A stretch of 64,000 nucleotides of DNA, taken from positions 47,021 through 111,020 of the IMG/VR virus record IMGVR_UViG_3300032237_001007; one strand, 5' to 3'. A program made the translations under genes and the position numbers. The DNA is from a virus. Taxonomy: Duplodnaviria; Caudoviricetes. The notes under the pieces are model-generated. The model saw only the letters and a program-made list of their open reading frames with translations. It did not search any database and had not been told where the DNA came from. Below are positions 43,234 to 52,711 of this stretch, one piece after another; within the stretch, counting starts at the first letter, position 1, and each line of letters begins with the position of its first letter.

Positions 43234-43467
43234 ATGTCTAAAGCAAGTATACTTAGATATCTTGGAAATATTTTTTTAATTGTTGGTTATCAAACTATGT
43301 TATGGGGAGATTTTAAATTTGGATTGGTGATAAAATGTATCGGAGGATTACTTACAGTACCTTTTGCTATTAAACTTAAACTTTGGGATGTATTATTCTT
43401 ATGTGCATTTTTCGGTATTTCTGAGATATCAAAAGTTGTACAACTTTTCCTAGTTAGTTCAAACTAG
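43234..43467 (+). CDS. Small membrane protein
   Basis: Hydrophobic 77-aa ORF. Confidence 0.65.
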   Translation: MSKASILRYLGNIFLIVGYQTMLWGDFKFGLVIKCIGGLLTVPFAIKLKLWDVLFLCAFFGISEISKVVQLFLVSSN

Positions 43468-43592
43468 GTGGTGGAGTCAAAGACCCAATGTGTCCTCGTC
43501 GGATGGACATTAAATATGCCGACTGGTGCGGATGGAGGTAACACTCCCGCCTGGTTTCCAATTTCCAGATAAAAAAATTGGTGGCGAGTATG
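43466..43592 (+). ncRNA. wcaG-type RNA motif, tandem form
   Basis: Three TGGYG repeats separated by two H-type pseudoknots (GTCC/GGAC + GTCGG/CCGAC; CTGG/CCAG + CCAATTT/AAATTGG); upstream of WcaG-family genes. Confidence 0.7.
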
Positions 43593-43599
43593 AAAATAT

Positions 43600-43630
43600 A
43601 AAGGTGGGTTTATATTAACCTACCTTTTTT
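43600..43630 (+). terminator. Intrinsic terminator
   Basis: AAAGGTGGGTT-tatatt-AACCTACCTTT-TTT. Confidence 0.8.
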
Positions 43631-43658
43631 AATATGAAAAATTAGATGTTCCATAATC

Positions 43659-43687
43659 TTGCAAAAATCTTATATTTTTGCTATAAT
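43659..43687 (+). promoter_or_regulatory. Sigma70-type promoter of the glycan island
   Basis: TTGCAA-17 nt-TATAAT with TG extension. Confidence 0.65.
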
Positions 43688-43717
43688 AAAATATGAGTTT
43701 ATAATGGTGTATTAGTA

Positions 43718-44506
43718 GTGCTGTATGTAACTGGATGTAATGGAATGATAGGATCTAGGTTTATTGATACTTATGATGGACCTGTAACAAAAATTTCTTA
43801 TAGAGATGAAGTAAAAGATATATTTGAAAAACATGAAAACTCATGTTTATTGCATTTTGCTTGGTCATCTACAACTAGAAATGGATATGATGATTTGGAT
43901 AAAGTAGTAAAAAGTGATGTAATTAATAGTAATAAATTATTTAATTACTATTATGATAAAAATCCAAATGGCAGAATAATATTTCTTTCTTCTGCCGGAG
44001 GTTTGCATGGATCACATGAAAGAACAGTATCAGAAGATTTTCTACCAATCTCTAATACATTATACGGAGATTGTAAATTACAAGTTGAAAATATACTTAA
44101 AAGTAATAAATGTAGTAGTGTAATTTTGAGAGTTTCCAATGTTTGGGGTGGCACAAACCTAGGTGAAAATAGAGTAAATGGTTTAGTTGATAAATTAATC
44201 AAAAATCTGGACACTGATAATATTACTGAAATATATGCAAATTTAGATACTAGAATTGATATAATACATGTTGATGACTTAATTAATTTAATCATAAAAG
44301 TAATTCATAAAAAATCACCCAATAATCATGAAGTATATTTAGTAGGATCTCAAAGTTTAACAATTAAAGATGTTATTGATAAAATATCTTCCAATGGTTG
44401 TTTATTAATGAAGTTTAGTAAAAAAAGTGAAAAATCTTATTTACATGTAGAAAATAGTAAAGTTAGAAATTATTTTGACTGGAAACCGGAGTTTTTATTA
44501 AAATGA
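43718..44506 (+). CDS. NAD-dependent epimerase/dehydratase (extended SDR)
   Basis: TGCNGMIG, FLSSAG, YGDCK, LRVSNVWG, DIIHVDD. Confidence 0.85.
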   Translation: MLYVTGCNGMIGSRFIDTYDGPVTKISYRDEVKDIFEKHENSCLLHFAWSSTTRNGYDDLDKVVKSDVINSNKLFNYYYDKNPNGRIIFLSSAGGLHGSHERTVSEDFLPISNTLYGDCKLQVENILKSNKCSSVILRVSNVWGGTNLGENRVNGLVDKLIKNLDTDNITEIYANLDTRIDIIHVDDLINLIIKVIHKKSPNNHEVYLVGSQSLTIKDVIDKISSNGCLLMKFSKKSEKSYLHVENSKVRNYFDWKPEFLLK

Positions 44507-45231
44507 AAATTGCCATAACTTTTTGGGGAACAGGAAATTATCTTGATTTTTTACCTAAATGGTATGAATCAATAGAAGATAACTTTTTGACAAACATTGA
44601 AAAAAAATATTTTATTTTTACTGATGGAGAACTAATAGATTCACCTGATAATATAATTAAAATAGATATTCCCAATTATGGATTTCCTAATACTTTTAAT
44701 AAAACGTTTGAAGAAATTTTAAAATTAAAAAATACTCTTTTTGAATATGATTGGATGGTATCCATTGATGCTGATATGATAGTTAATCAAAAAATTGAAT
44801 ATGATGAGTTTTTTGATAATACTAAAAAATATATTGGTGTTCATCATCCCTGTGATTATTTAAAGTTTCCACCACATAATGAATATCCTGGATCATTTGA
44901 AACTAATTCACAGTCAATAGCATGTATTGATGATACTTTAGATCTTTCTGTTTATTATCAGGGATGTTTATGGGGAGGAAAAATTCCAGAAATTTTTGAT
45001 ATGATGAAACAAATTGATTTGTGGATTAAAGATGATTTATCTAGAAATATTGAATCTAAATTTTATGAAGAAAGTTATTTAAACAAATGGTTTTTAACTC
45101 ATAAAGATGATGTTCATACTTTGGAACCCTCGTTTGCTTTTCCAGAATTATTTGAGCAATACTGTGATTTTGACCGAAAAATAATTCACCTATATAAAGA
45201 AAATAAATATTTTGGAAACAATCAGTGGTAA
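44503..45231 (+). CDS. Glycosyltransferase family 6, copy 1
   Basis: GTGNY, FIFTD, IDADM, HHP, YYQGCLWGG, EESYLNK. Confidence 0.85.
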   Translation: MKIAITFWGTGNYLDFLPKWYESIEDNFLTNIEKKYFIFTDGELIDSPDNIIKIDIPNYGFPNTFNKTFEEILKLKNTLFEYDWMVSIDADMIVNQKIEYDEFFDNTKKYIGVHHPCDYLKFPPHNEYPGSFETNSQSIACIDDTLDLSVYYQGCLWGGKIPEIFDMMKQIDLWIKDDLSRNIESKFYEESYLNKWFLTHKDDVHTLEPSFAFPELFEQYCDFDRKIIHLYKENKYFGNNQW

Positions 45232-45258
45232 GATTATTTTACATGAGGTTATTGATTA

Positions 45259-46512
45259 ATGAATAATAAAATGTATACTAAAATAAAAAAATGCAGAATT
45301 TGTGGTAATGATCACTTAGAATCTGTTTTAGATTTAGGTAATCAATATATTTCTGGAATTTTTCCTAAAACTATAGATGCTGACGAAACTCATAAAGGTC
45401 CATTAAATTTAGTGAAATGTGATGAAACTAATGGTGGATGTGGACACGTTCAACTAGAATGTACGTTTGATCTTTCTATTTTGTATAGTGAAGATTATGG
45501 ATATCGTTCAGGATTGAATTCTAGTATGGTCAAACATTTGCAGTCAAAATATGAAAAAATTTCAAATTTTTTAAATTTTAATGATGAAGACATTGTAATT
45601 GATATTGCAGGAAATGACGGAACTTTTCTTGGATTTTTTCCAACAAACTTAAAGTTATTAAGTATTGATCCAACTTCTGGTAAGTTTTCAAAATATTTTA
45701 AAAGTCATGTAGACTATGTTGCTGATTTTTTTAGTGAAGAAATATACCGTAAAAAATTTGGAAATCAATCTGCTAAGTTAGTGACTACATTTTCAATGTT
45801 TTATGATTTAGAAGATCCTTGTCAATTTGCCAAAGAAATTAATCAAATTCTAGATCCAACCGAAGGAATTTGGGTAATTGAACAAAGTTATATGCCCGAG
45901 ATGTTGAGAGTAAATTCTTTTGATACGGTATGTCATGAACATCTATCTTACTATGGCATAAGACAATTAAAGTATATTATGGATCAATCTGGATTTAAAA
46001 TTATAGATTTTGAATTTAATGATGTTAATGGTGGAAGTATTTCGTTAATTATTTCAAATAAAAATAGTATCTATAATGAATGTACTGATAAATTAAATGA
46101 ACTTATTCAAGATGAACTTAATTTAGGTCTTAATACTATTGATCCTTGGAAAAAATTTGAAGTTAAAATTAATGAGTGTAAAGATAATTTCTTTAAACTT
46201 ATTGATGATTGTAAAAAATCTGGATTAAAAATTGCCGCCTTAGGTGCCAGTACTAAGGGCAATGTCACTCTACAAACTTGGAAAATAACTACTAATGATA
46301 TTGAAGTTATTGGCGATGTAAATCCCGATAAAGCTGGATCATTTACTCCAGGAACTTGGATACCAATTAAAAGTGAAGATTCTGTAATTGAAGATTATGA
46401 TGTTTTTGTTATTTTTCCATGGCACTTTAAAAAATTTTTTATAAACAATAACAAAATGAAAGGTAAAAAATTACTATTTCCACTACCAACCGCTGAAATT
46501 ATAACTGTATAA
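45259..46512 (+). CDS. NDP-sugar C-methyltransferase
   Basis: CRIC and C...C zinc sites, GNDG, FDTVCHEHLSYY, NGGS, GASTKGN, PWHF. Confidence 0.88.
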   Translation: MNNKMYTKIKKCRICGNDHLESVLDLGNQYISGIFPKTIDADETHKGPLNLVKCDETNGGCGHVQLECTFDLSILYSEDYGYRSGLNSSMVKHLQSKYEKISNFLNFNDEDIVIDIAGNDGTFLGFFPTNLKLLSIDPTSGKFSKYFKSHVDYVADFFSEEIYRKKFGNQSAKLVTTFSMFYDLEDPCQFAKEINQILDPTEGIWVIEQSYMPEMLRVNSFDTVCHEHLSYYGIRQLKYIMDQSGFKIIDFEFNDVNGGSISLIISNKNSIYNECTDKLNELIQDELNLGLNTIDPWKKFEVKINECKDNFFKLIDDCKKSGLKIAALGASTKGNVTLQTWKITTNDIEVIGDVNPDKAGSFTPGTWIPIKSEDSVIEDYDVFVIFPWHFKKFFINNNKMKGKKLLFPLPTAEIITV

Positions 46513-46514
46513 TT

Positions 46515-47450
46515 ATGGAAAAAAATTCTAAAATTTTTGTTGCAGGACACAAAGGACTTGTCGGATCTGCTATAGTAAAGTTACTTAAAAGTGAAGGTTA
46601 CACTAATATCATTACTGCTACCAGACAAGAGGTTGATTTACTTAATCAATCTCAAGTAGAAGAATTCTTCAGGCAAGAGAGTCCAGAGTATGTATTTGAT
46701 GCTGCTGCTCGTGTTGGTGGAATTCATGCCAATAATCAATATTCTGCAGAATTTGTTTACGAAAATATTCAAATTCAATCTAATTTAATACATTTTGCTT
46801 GGAAATATGGAGTAGAAAAGTTTTTGTTTATTGGATCTGTTTGCATTTATCCTAAGTATGCAGAAACTCCAGTAAAAGAAGAATCTCTTATGACTGGATA
46901 TCTTGAACCAACAAACGATGCCTATGCAGTTGCAAAAATTTCAGGAATTAAAATGCTTCAGGCATATCATAAACAATATGGATTTAAGAGTATATCACTG
47001 ATGCCATCTAACATATATGGTCCGGGAGACAACTTTCATCCAGAAAACGGACATGTAATTCCATCTATGATAACTAAATTTAACAAATCTAATGGTAAAA
47101 AAGTTGTATTCTGGGGAGATGGAACCCCACTTAGAGAATTTCTGTTTTCTGAAGATCTTGCAGATGCCTGTTTATTTGCTATGGATCATTATGAAAATGC
47201 TGAATTAATAAATGTTGGTTCTGGATGTAACATAAGTATTAGAGAACTTGCAAGTACAGTTGCTTCTATTGTTGGTTATAGTGGAGAAATTGAATGGGAT
47301 ACATCAAGACCAAATGGAACTCCAAATAGACCTTTAGATTCTTCTAAAATTTTTGAACTTGGATGGAAACCAAAGCATACTTTATTACAGGGACTTAATA
47401 AAACTTACAAATGGTTTTGTATGAATACGTATTATGATAGTTCCAAGTAA
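46515..47450 (+). CDS. fcl: GDP-L-fucose synthase
   Basis: AGHKGLVGSA, AARVGGIHAN, GS.CIYP, LEPTN.AYA.AK, YGPGDNF, HVIP, WGDG. Confidence 0.95.
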   Translation: MEKNSKIFVAGHKGLVGSAIVKLLKSEGYTNIITATRQEVDLLNQSQVEEFFRQESPEYVFDAAARVGGIHANNQYSAEFVYENIQIQSNLIHFAWKYGVEKFLFIGSVCIYPKYAETPVKEESLMTGYLEPTNDAYAVAKISGIKMLQAYHKQYGFKSISLMPSNIYGPGDNFHPENGHVIPSMITKFNKSNGKKVVFWGDGTPLREFLFSEDLADACLFAMDHYENAELINVGSGCNISIRELASTVASIVGYSGEIEWDTSRPNGTPNRPLDSSKIFELGWKPKHTLLQGLNKTYKWFCMNTYYDSSK

Positions 47451-47455
47451 AAATT

Positions 47456-48136
47456 ATGTATAATAGACTTTTAGTTGAAGATGATATTTCGGAATTTTCT
47501 AAAATAATAGAAAAAGAAAAATATTCTGAAAGGGGATTTAGACACAAAGATTTATGGAATATTCCAGAAGCATTTGTTAAATGGATGTCTGTTCTGGAAG
47601 AATTTAAAGCATTAAATAAAAACAATTTAAAAGTTATTGAGTTGGGAACAGGGACAGGTGTTGTTCCTTATATAATTGCTAGTTTAGGAAATGATGTTAC
47701 TGGTATTGATATCGCAGAGTCTGAAAATTTATGTCCTAAAAGTTTAATTAAAACCATTATAGGTGATGCTTTATTTGTTATTAAAGAGATTGAAGATGAA
47801 AGTATTGATGTAGTTACAGACCTTTGTGCCGTACATGAATTTAATACAAGTAGTAATAATAAGTTTAAAAATATTGGATTAAAAGAAGTATCTGATCAAA
47901 TTTATAGAATATTAAAACCAGGAGGAAAATTTTTTACTTCTACCGATGTTTCTTTGGTTTATCCGGCATCTCAACCTGGAGGATTTATTCCACCTGAAGA
48001 TTTAATCAGTATTGTTGAATCATCTGGTTTAAAATTGACTAGTCCATATAAAAAAGAATATGAAAGATCTGAATACAAACCAATTTATCAAAGTTCGGTT
48101 GGTTTACATATCGCCACGTTTTCTTTTAAAAAATAA
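47456..48136 (+). CDS. Class I SAM-dependent methyltransferase
   Basis: IELGTGTG, VTGID, RILKPGG. Confidence 0.85.
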   Translation: MYNRLLVEDDISEFSKIIEKEKYSERGFRHKDLWNIPEAFVKWMSVLEEFKALNKNNLKVIELGTGTGVVPYIIASLGNDVTGIDIAESENLCPKSLIKTIIGDALFVIKEIEDESIDVVTDLCAVHEFNTSSNNKFKNIGLKEVSDQIYRILKPGGKFFTSTDVSLVYPASQPGGFIPPEDLISIVESSGLKLTSPYKKEYERSEYKPIYQSSVGLHIATFSFKK

Positions 48137-48154
48137 AGTTTAAATATTACAATT

Positions 48155-49105
48155 ATGTATAAAGGAAAAAAATTAGTTGCATGTTCTCCTGTAGGAAGAA
48201 AGTCCTCAATGAAGTGCTTGTTCAAACATATATTAAATAATAAACATGTTTTAGATGAATTTCATTTGTGGGTTAATACTATAAATCAAGAAGATTTGGA
48301 ATATATTAATAGTTTTGCAAATCAGTATCCAGATTTTGTTCATTTAAAATATGGATGTGACAAATTAGATCCGGATCAAATGGGAAAATCTCATAATGTA
48401 AAAAGATTTTATAATTATTGCACAGAATCAGATACTTTTTATTTTAAGATAGACGATGATGTTATTTTTATTGAAGATGGAACTTTTGAAAAATTAGCAC
48501 AATATAAAATAGATAATGCCGAAACCTTTCTTACATTTCCAATTATAATCAATAATCCTTGGTCTACTCATTTTCTTAGAATAAATGGTGTAATTGATGT
48601 ACCAGAATGCTCAGTGTGTACTTATACTTGGAAATATGATTTTGAAAAATCTAAAGAATTAATTAAATCATCATCTTCTATAATGAGTGATAATTTATAT
48701 GAACCTAAATTAGAAGATTTTATACCAGAAGATCGAGTTATAAGTAAGTTATATTGTTTTGATTCACATCTGGCATATAATTTACTAAATGAATTTTATA
48801 AAAAAATTATTGAGGATGAATTATCTAGTTTAGATATTGGTAATATTGTACTTGATAATTATGAAACGGTATGTATTAATTTTGTTATGTGGGCAGGAGA
48901 AGATTTTGCAAAATTTAATGGTGATGTAAAATCAGTTGGCGATGAACCTTGGTTAGCAACTTTTTATCCATGTAAATTTGGTTTAAAAAATTCTATAGTA
49001 GGAAACACTAGAGTTGTTCATTATGCTTTTTGGCCTCAAAGAGATTATTTAAATACTACAGATATCATGGAAAAATATAAAAACCTTTTGGAGATAGAAG
49101 TATGA
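48155..49105 (+). CDS. Putative GT-A glycosyltransferase
   Basis: PVGR, FKIDDDVIFI, IINN, GDE, VVHYAF. Confidence 0.65.
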   Translation: MYKGKKLVACSPVGRKSSMKCLFKHILNNKHVLDEFHLWVNTINQEDLEYINSFANQYPDFVHLKYGCDKLDPDQMGKSHNVKRFYNYCTESDTFYFKIDDDVIFIEDGTFEKLAQYKIDNAETFLTFPIIINNPWSTHFLRINGVIDVPECSVCTYTWKYDFEKSKELIKSSSSIMSDNLYEPKLEDFIPEDRVISKLYCFDSHLAYNLLNEFYKKIIEDELSSLDIGNIVLDNYETVCINFVMWAGEDFAKFNGDVKSVGDEPWLATFYPCKFGLKNSIVGNTRVVHYAFWPQRDYLNTTDIMEKYKNLLEIEV

Positions 49106-49827
49106 ATTTCGTTGTTTTTCATCAAGCTTATAAAAATTCAAAATCCACTGAATTTGTTATAAAATCTTTTAGAAAATTTCATCCTAACGTCCCATATGTT
49201 TTATGGTCCGATAATGGAGATGATTATTCTCATTTGGTTGAAAAGTATAATATTGATTATATTTTTTCCGACTATCGTGTTGGATTGTTTATGTATGATG
49301 GAAAAAGACAAATTTTTAATTTCTTTGACAGAATTAAAAAATCTTGTGAAATGTATCCAGATAAACCATATGTAATGTATATGGAGGATGATGTATTGAT
49401 TAAAGGTAAAATAAAAATTCCAGATGGTGTAGATTTTTGTGGATGGGACGACATTGGAAATAATTTGGTGCATAGATTTGGGATTGAGAAATTTCAAGAG
49501 ATATGTAAAAAATATAACGTGAATCCAAATTTTGATTATTACACTACTGCCGGTGGAGCAATACTATCTTCAGATATCTTTCTCAATAAATTTGATATTA
49601 TTGAAAGATATATTAATGAAGATTATGAAGAAATTCAAAAGGCATGTAAAGAAATACATCCTGGTTTTGAAAGTATTTTTTATTGTGATATTGAAATTAT
49701 GATGCTACATTTAATTTGTGATAAAAAATATTCAGTATGGGAACAAATTTGTGATCTTACAAAAAATCCAAATTGGAATAGTGATCAATATTGCGTGGTT
49801 CATGCATTTAAAGAACATTATAATTAA
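49102..49827 (+). CDS. Putative GT-A glycosyltransferase
   Basis: SDNGDD, YMEDDV, GGA, VVHAFK. Confidence 0.6.
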   Translation: MNFVVFHQAYKNSKSTEFVIKSFRKFHPNVPYVLWSDNGDDYSHLVEKYNIDYIFSDYRVGLFMYDGKRQIFNFFDRIKKSCEMYPDKPYVMYMEDDVLIKGKIKIPDGVDFCGWDDIGNNLVHRFGIEKFQEICKKYNVNPNFDYYTTAGGAILSSDIFLNKFDIIERYINEDYEEIQKACKEIHPGFESIFYCDIEIMMLHLICDKKYSVWEQICDLTKNPNWNSDQYCVVHAFKEHYN

Positions 49828-49829
49828 TT

Positions 49830-50939
49830 ATGAGCATTAAAAAAAAATACGATTATTTAATCGTTGGTTGTGGTTTATTTGGAGTAACCTTTGCAAGACT
49901 TGCTACTGATTTTGGAAAATCTTGCTTAATAATAGACAAGAGAAACCATATTGCAGGAAATTGTTATTCTGAAAAAATTGAAGGGATTAATGTTCATACT
50001 TATGGTCCCCACATTTTTCATACTAGTAACAAATTAGTGTGGGATTTTGTAAATAGATTTTCTGAATTTAATAATTTTATCCTATCACCAAAATCCTATT
50101 ATAAAGGAAAATTGTATTCTCTTCCTTTTAATATGAATACTTTTTATGAAATGTGGAATACTATTACTCCAAATGAAGCTAAAAAAGTAATAGAAAGTCA
50201 AAAGTTTAAAGGAATTCCTAAAAATTTAGAAGAACAATCATTATCTCTTGTTGGAAAGGATATCTATGAAACTTTAATAAAAGAATATACAATTAAGCAG
50301 TGGGGTAAAGATCCTAAAGATCTTCCCTCTTTTATTATAAAAAGACTTCCCCTTAGGTTTACTTTTGACAATAACTATTTTAATGATAAGTATCAGGGAA
50401 TTCCTATTGGTGGATATACTCAAATGTTTGAAAAAATGCTTGATGGTATAGAAGTTAGATTAAACATTGATTATTTTTCCGATCTAAATTATTTTGATAA
50501 TATTGCCAATAAAATTGTATATACTGGATGTATTGACCAATTTTTTAATTATGAGTATGGTGAATTAGAATATCGTTCGTTGGAATTTTTACACAAAATT
50601 TTAGACACTGATAATTATCAGGGAACTGCAGTGATTAGTTGTCCAGAAAAGGAGATTCCATATACTAGAATTGTTGAACATAAACATTTTGAGAATTCTA
50701 ATTCATTAAAAACTGTAATCACTGAAGAATATCCAAAAACTTACAGGCAGGGATTGATACCTTATTATCCTATTAATGATGATATCAACCAAAAAGTATA
50801 CAAAAAATATAAAGAAAAGTCTAAAGTATTGACAAATTTTATATTTGGTGGTAGATTATCAGAATATAAGTATATGGATATGCATGTAGTTATTGAATCT
50901 GCAATGAATAAATTTAAAACTCATAATAATCTAATATGA
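49830..50939 (+). CDS. glf: UDP-galactopyranose mutase
   Basis: VGCGLFG, HIAGNCY, YGPHIFHT, QGIP..GYT, TRIVEHKHF, PYYP, GRLSEYKY.DM. Confidence 0.96.
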   Translation: MSIKKKYDYLIVGCGLFGVTFARLATDFGKSCLIIDKRNHIAGNCYSEKIEGINVHTYGPHIFHTSNKLVWDFVNRFSEFNNFILSPKSYYKGKLYSLPFNMNTFYEMWNTITPNEAKKVIESQKFKGIPKNLEEQSLSLVGKDIYETLIKEYTIKQWGKDPKDLPSFIIKRLPLRFTFDNNYFNDKYQGIPIGGYTQMFEKMLDGIEVRLNIDYFSDLNYFDNIANKIVYTGCIDQFFNYEYGELEYRSLEFLHKILDTDNYQGTAVISCPEKEIPYTRIVEHKHFENSNSLKTVITEEYPKTYRQGLIPYYPINDDINQKVYKKYKEKSKVLTNFIFGGRLSEYKYMDMHVVIESAMNKFKTHNNLI

Positions 50940-51676
50940 AAATAGCATTATGTTTATCCGGACAACCTAGATTTGTTTCCGAATGTTCTTCATCAATACT
51001 TCAAAATGTGTGTAATGGATATGATGTAGATGTATTTGCTCATACTTGGTTTGATGAAGAACTTTTAAGTAAACCATATAAGATTGAGAATAATTGGCCT
51101 TCTCAGAGAATATCTCCAGATGCTGTTAATCAAATAAATGATATATATAAACCGGTTTCACATAAAGTGGAACCGAGTATGAAATTCAAAGATCCTAAAA
51201 TTGATTATTCAAAATCTTGGACAAGATACTGTGGGTGGGGAGAACAGACTGAAGAATTTTATAATTTTATAATCAGTAATCAAATATCATATTTTTATAG
51301 TCTAAATCAAGTTAATATTCTTAAAAAACAATATGAATATAAAAATGGATTTAAATATGATTGGGTAGTTAAGTGCAGAACAGATTCAATTGTTCATACT
51401 AAAATTCAATTTGAAAAATATAATCCAAATGTGATTAATTATACTGGAATTAATAATCAACCGGATGGAATGATTTGTGATTGGTTTGATTTCGGAGGAT
51501 CTAAAGTTATGGATGTTTTTATGAGTGCTTTTTCAGTATATGATTTCCCCCTTACAGAATGTATTGAAAGTAATGATGGAGCATTTTGTCCCGAATTAAT
51601 TCATAGAAAAATGATTGATTTTTTTGGAATAGATAAGCAGGATCATCAAATTCATATTACTTTACCTAGATTTTAA
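50936..51676 (+). CDS. Putative glycosyltransferase (MKIALCLSGQPR family), copy 1
   Basis: SGQPR, HTW, YDWVVKCRTD, D.F.FG. Confidence 0.6.
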   Translation: MKIALCLSGQPRFVSECSSSILQNVCNGYDVDVFAHTWFDEELLSKPYKIENNWPSQRISPDAVNQINDIYKPVSHKVEPSMKFKDPKIDYSKSWTRYCGWGEQTEEFYNFIISNQISYFYSLNQVNILKKQYEYKNGFKYDWVVKCRTDSIVHTKIQFEKYNPNVINYTGINNQPDGMICDWFDFGGSKVMDVFMSAFSVYDFPLTECIESNDGAFCPELIHRKMIDFFGIDKQDHQIHITLPRF

Positions 51677-52407
51677 TGAATATTCTTATACCAATGGCGG
51701 GTGAAGGAACTAGATTTCCTAAAGATACCTATAAAGTTCCAAAACCGTTAATCAATATAAATGGGGTTCCAATGATTCAGAGAGCAATTGAATCCTTGGG
51801 ATTGGTTGGAACTTATCATTTTGTAATTCGTAAAGATAGTTATTATGATCAGGTCTGTACATTATTGCACTCTATTTTTCCAAACGTAAAAATTATCAGT
51901 GTTGATCAAACAACTGAGGGTCCAGCATCAAGTTGTCTTCTATTCAAAGATTTTATTAATAATGAAGAAGAATTGGTAATTGCAAATTGTGATCAAATTA
52001 TGTGGTGGGATGCTGAATTGTTTTTAACAACTGCAAGATATTATAAGTATGATGGTTTAATTGTGACTTACAGCACAACAACCCCCAAAAATAGTTATGC
52101 TAGAATTGACATAAATGGGTTTGTTCAAGAAATCAAAGAAAAAGAAGTGATTAGTGATATATCTTTAAATGGTATTCATTATTGGAGAAAGGGAAAGTAT
52201 TTTGTACAAAGTACTGAAAATATGATAGAATATAATGATAGAGCACCTAATGGTGAGTTTTATGTTGGTCCAACATATAATTATATGATTAAATCTGGTC
52301 TTAAAGTTGGAATACATCATATTCCAAATTATCAACACAATCCAGTTGGAGTTCCTGATGATTTAAATTCATTTTTAAAAAAATATGAACATAACAAAAA
52401 TTACTGA
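51676..52407 (+). CDS. Sugar-phosphate nucleotidyltransferase-like protein
   Basis: IPMAGEGTRF...PKPLI, T.GPA, NCDQ, EIKEK, NGEFYV. Confidence 0.85.
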   Translation: MNILIPMAGEGTRFPKDTYKVPKPLININGVPMIQRAIESLGLVGTYHFVIRKDSYYDQVCTLLHSIFPNVKIISVDQTTEGPASSCLLFKDFINNEEELVIANCDQIMWWDAELFLTTARYYKYDGLIVTYSTTTPKNSYARIDINGFVQEIKEKEVISDISLNGIHYWRKGKYFVQSTENMIEYNDRAPNGEFYVGPTYNYMIKSGLKVGIHHIPNYQHNPVGVPDDLNSFLKKYEHNKNY

Positions 52408-52711
52408 TTATGTGAGAGGTTGGTTTATTGGAAACTTTGAACCATCTCTTTTGAAAACAAAAGATTTTGAAGTTGGTGTATTAACTCATAAAAAAGGAGA
52501 ACATTGGGCACCGCATTATCATAAAGAAAGTATAGAATATAATGTTCTTATTTCTGGAAAAATGACCGTTCAGGAAAAAGAGTTAAATAGTGGAGATGTA
52601 TTTGTATTCCAGAAAGGAGAGATTGCAGATCCAATTTTTCTTGAAGATTGTACATTAGTTGTTGTTAAAGTTCCGTCCATTCCATCTGATAAATTTGAGG
52701 TTGAACAATGA
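52385..52711 (+). CDS. Cupin-domain protein
   Basis: GWFIGNFEP, HYH...EYN..ISG, GDVF, VVKVPS...DK. Confidence 0.8.
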   Translation: MNITKITDYVRGWFIGNFEPSLLKTKDFEVGVLTHKKGEHWAPHYHKESIEYNVLISGKMTVQEKELNSGDVFVFQKGEIADPIFLEDCTLVVVKVPSIPSDKFEVEQ

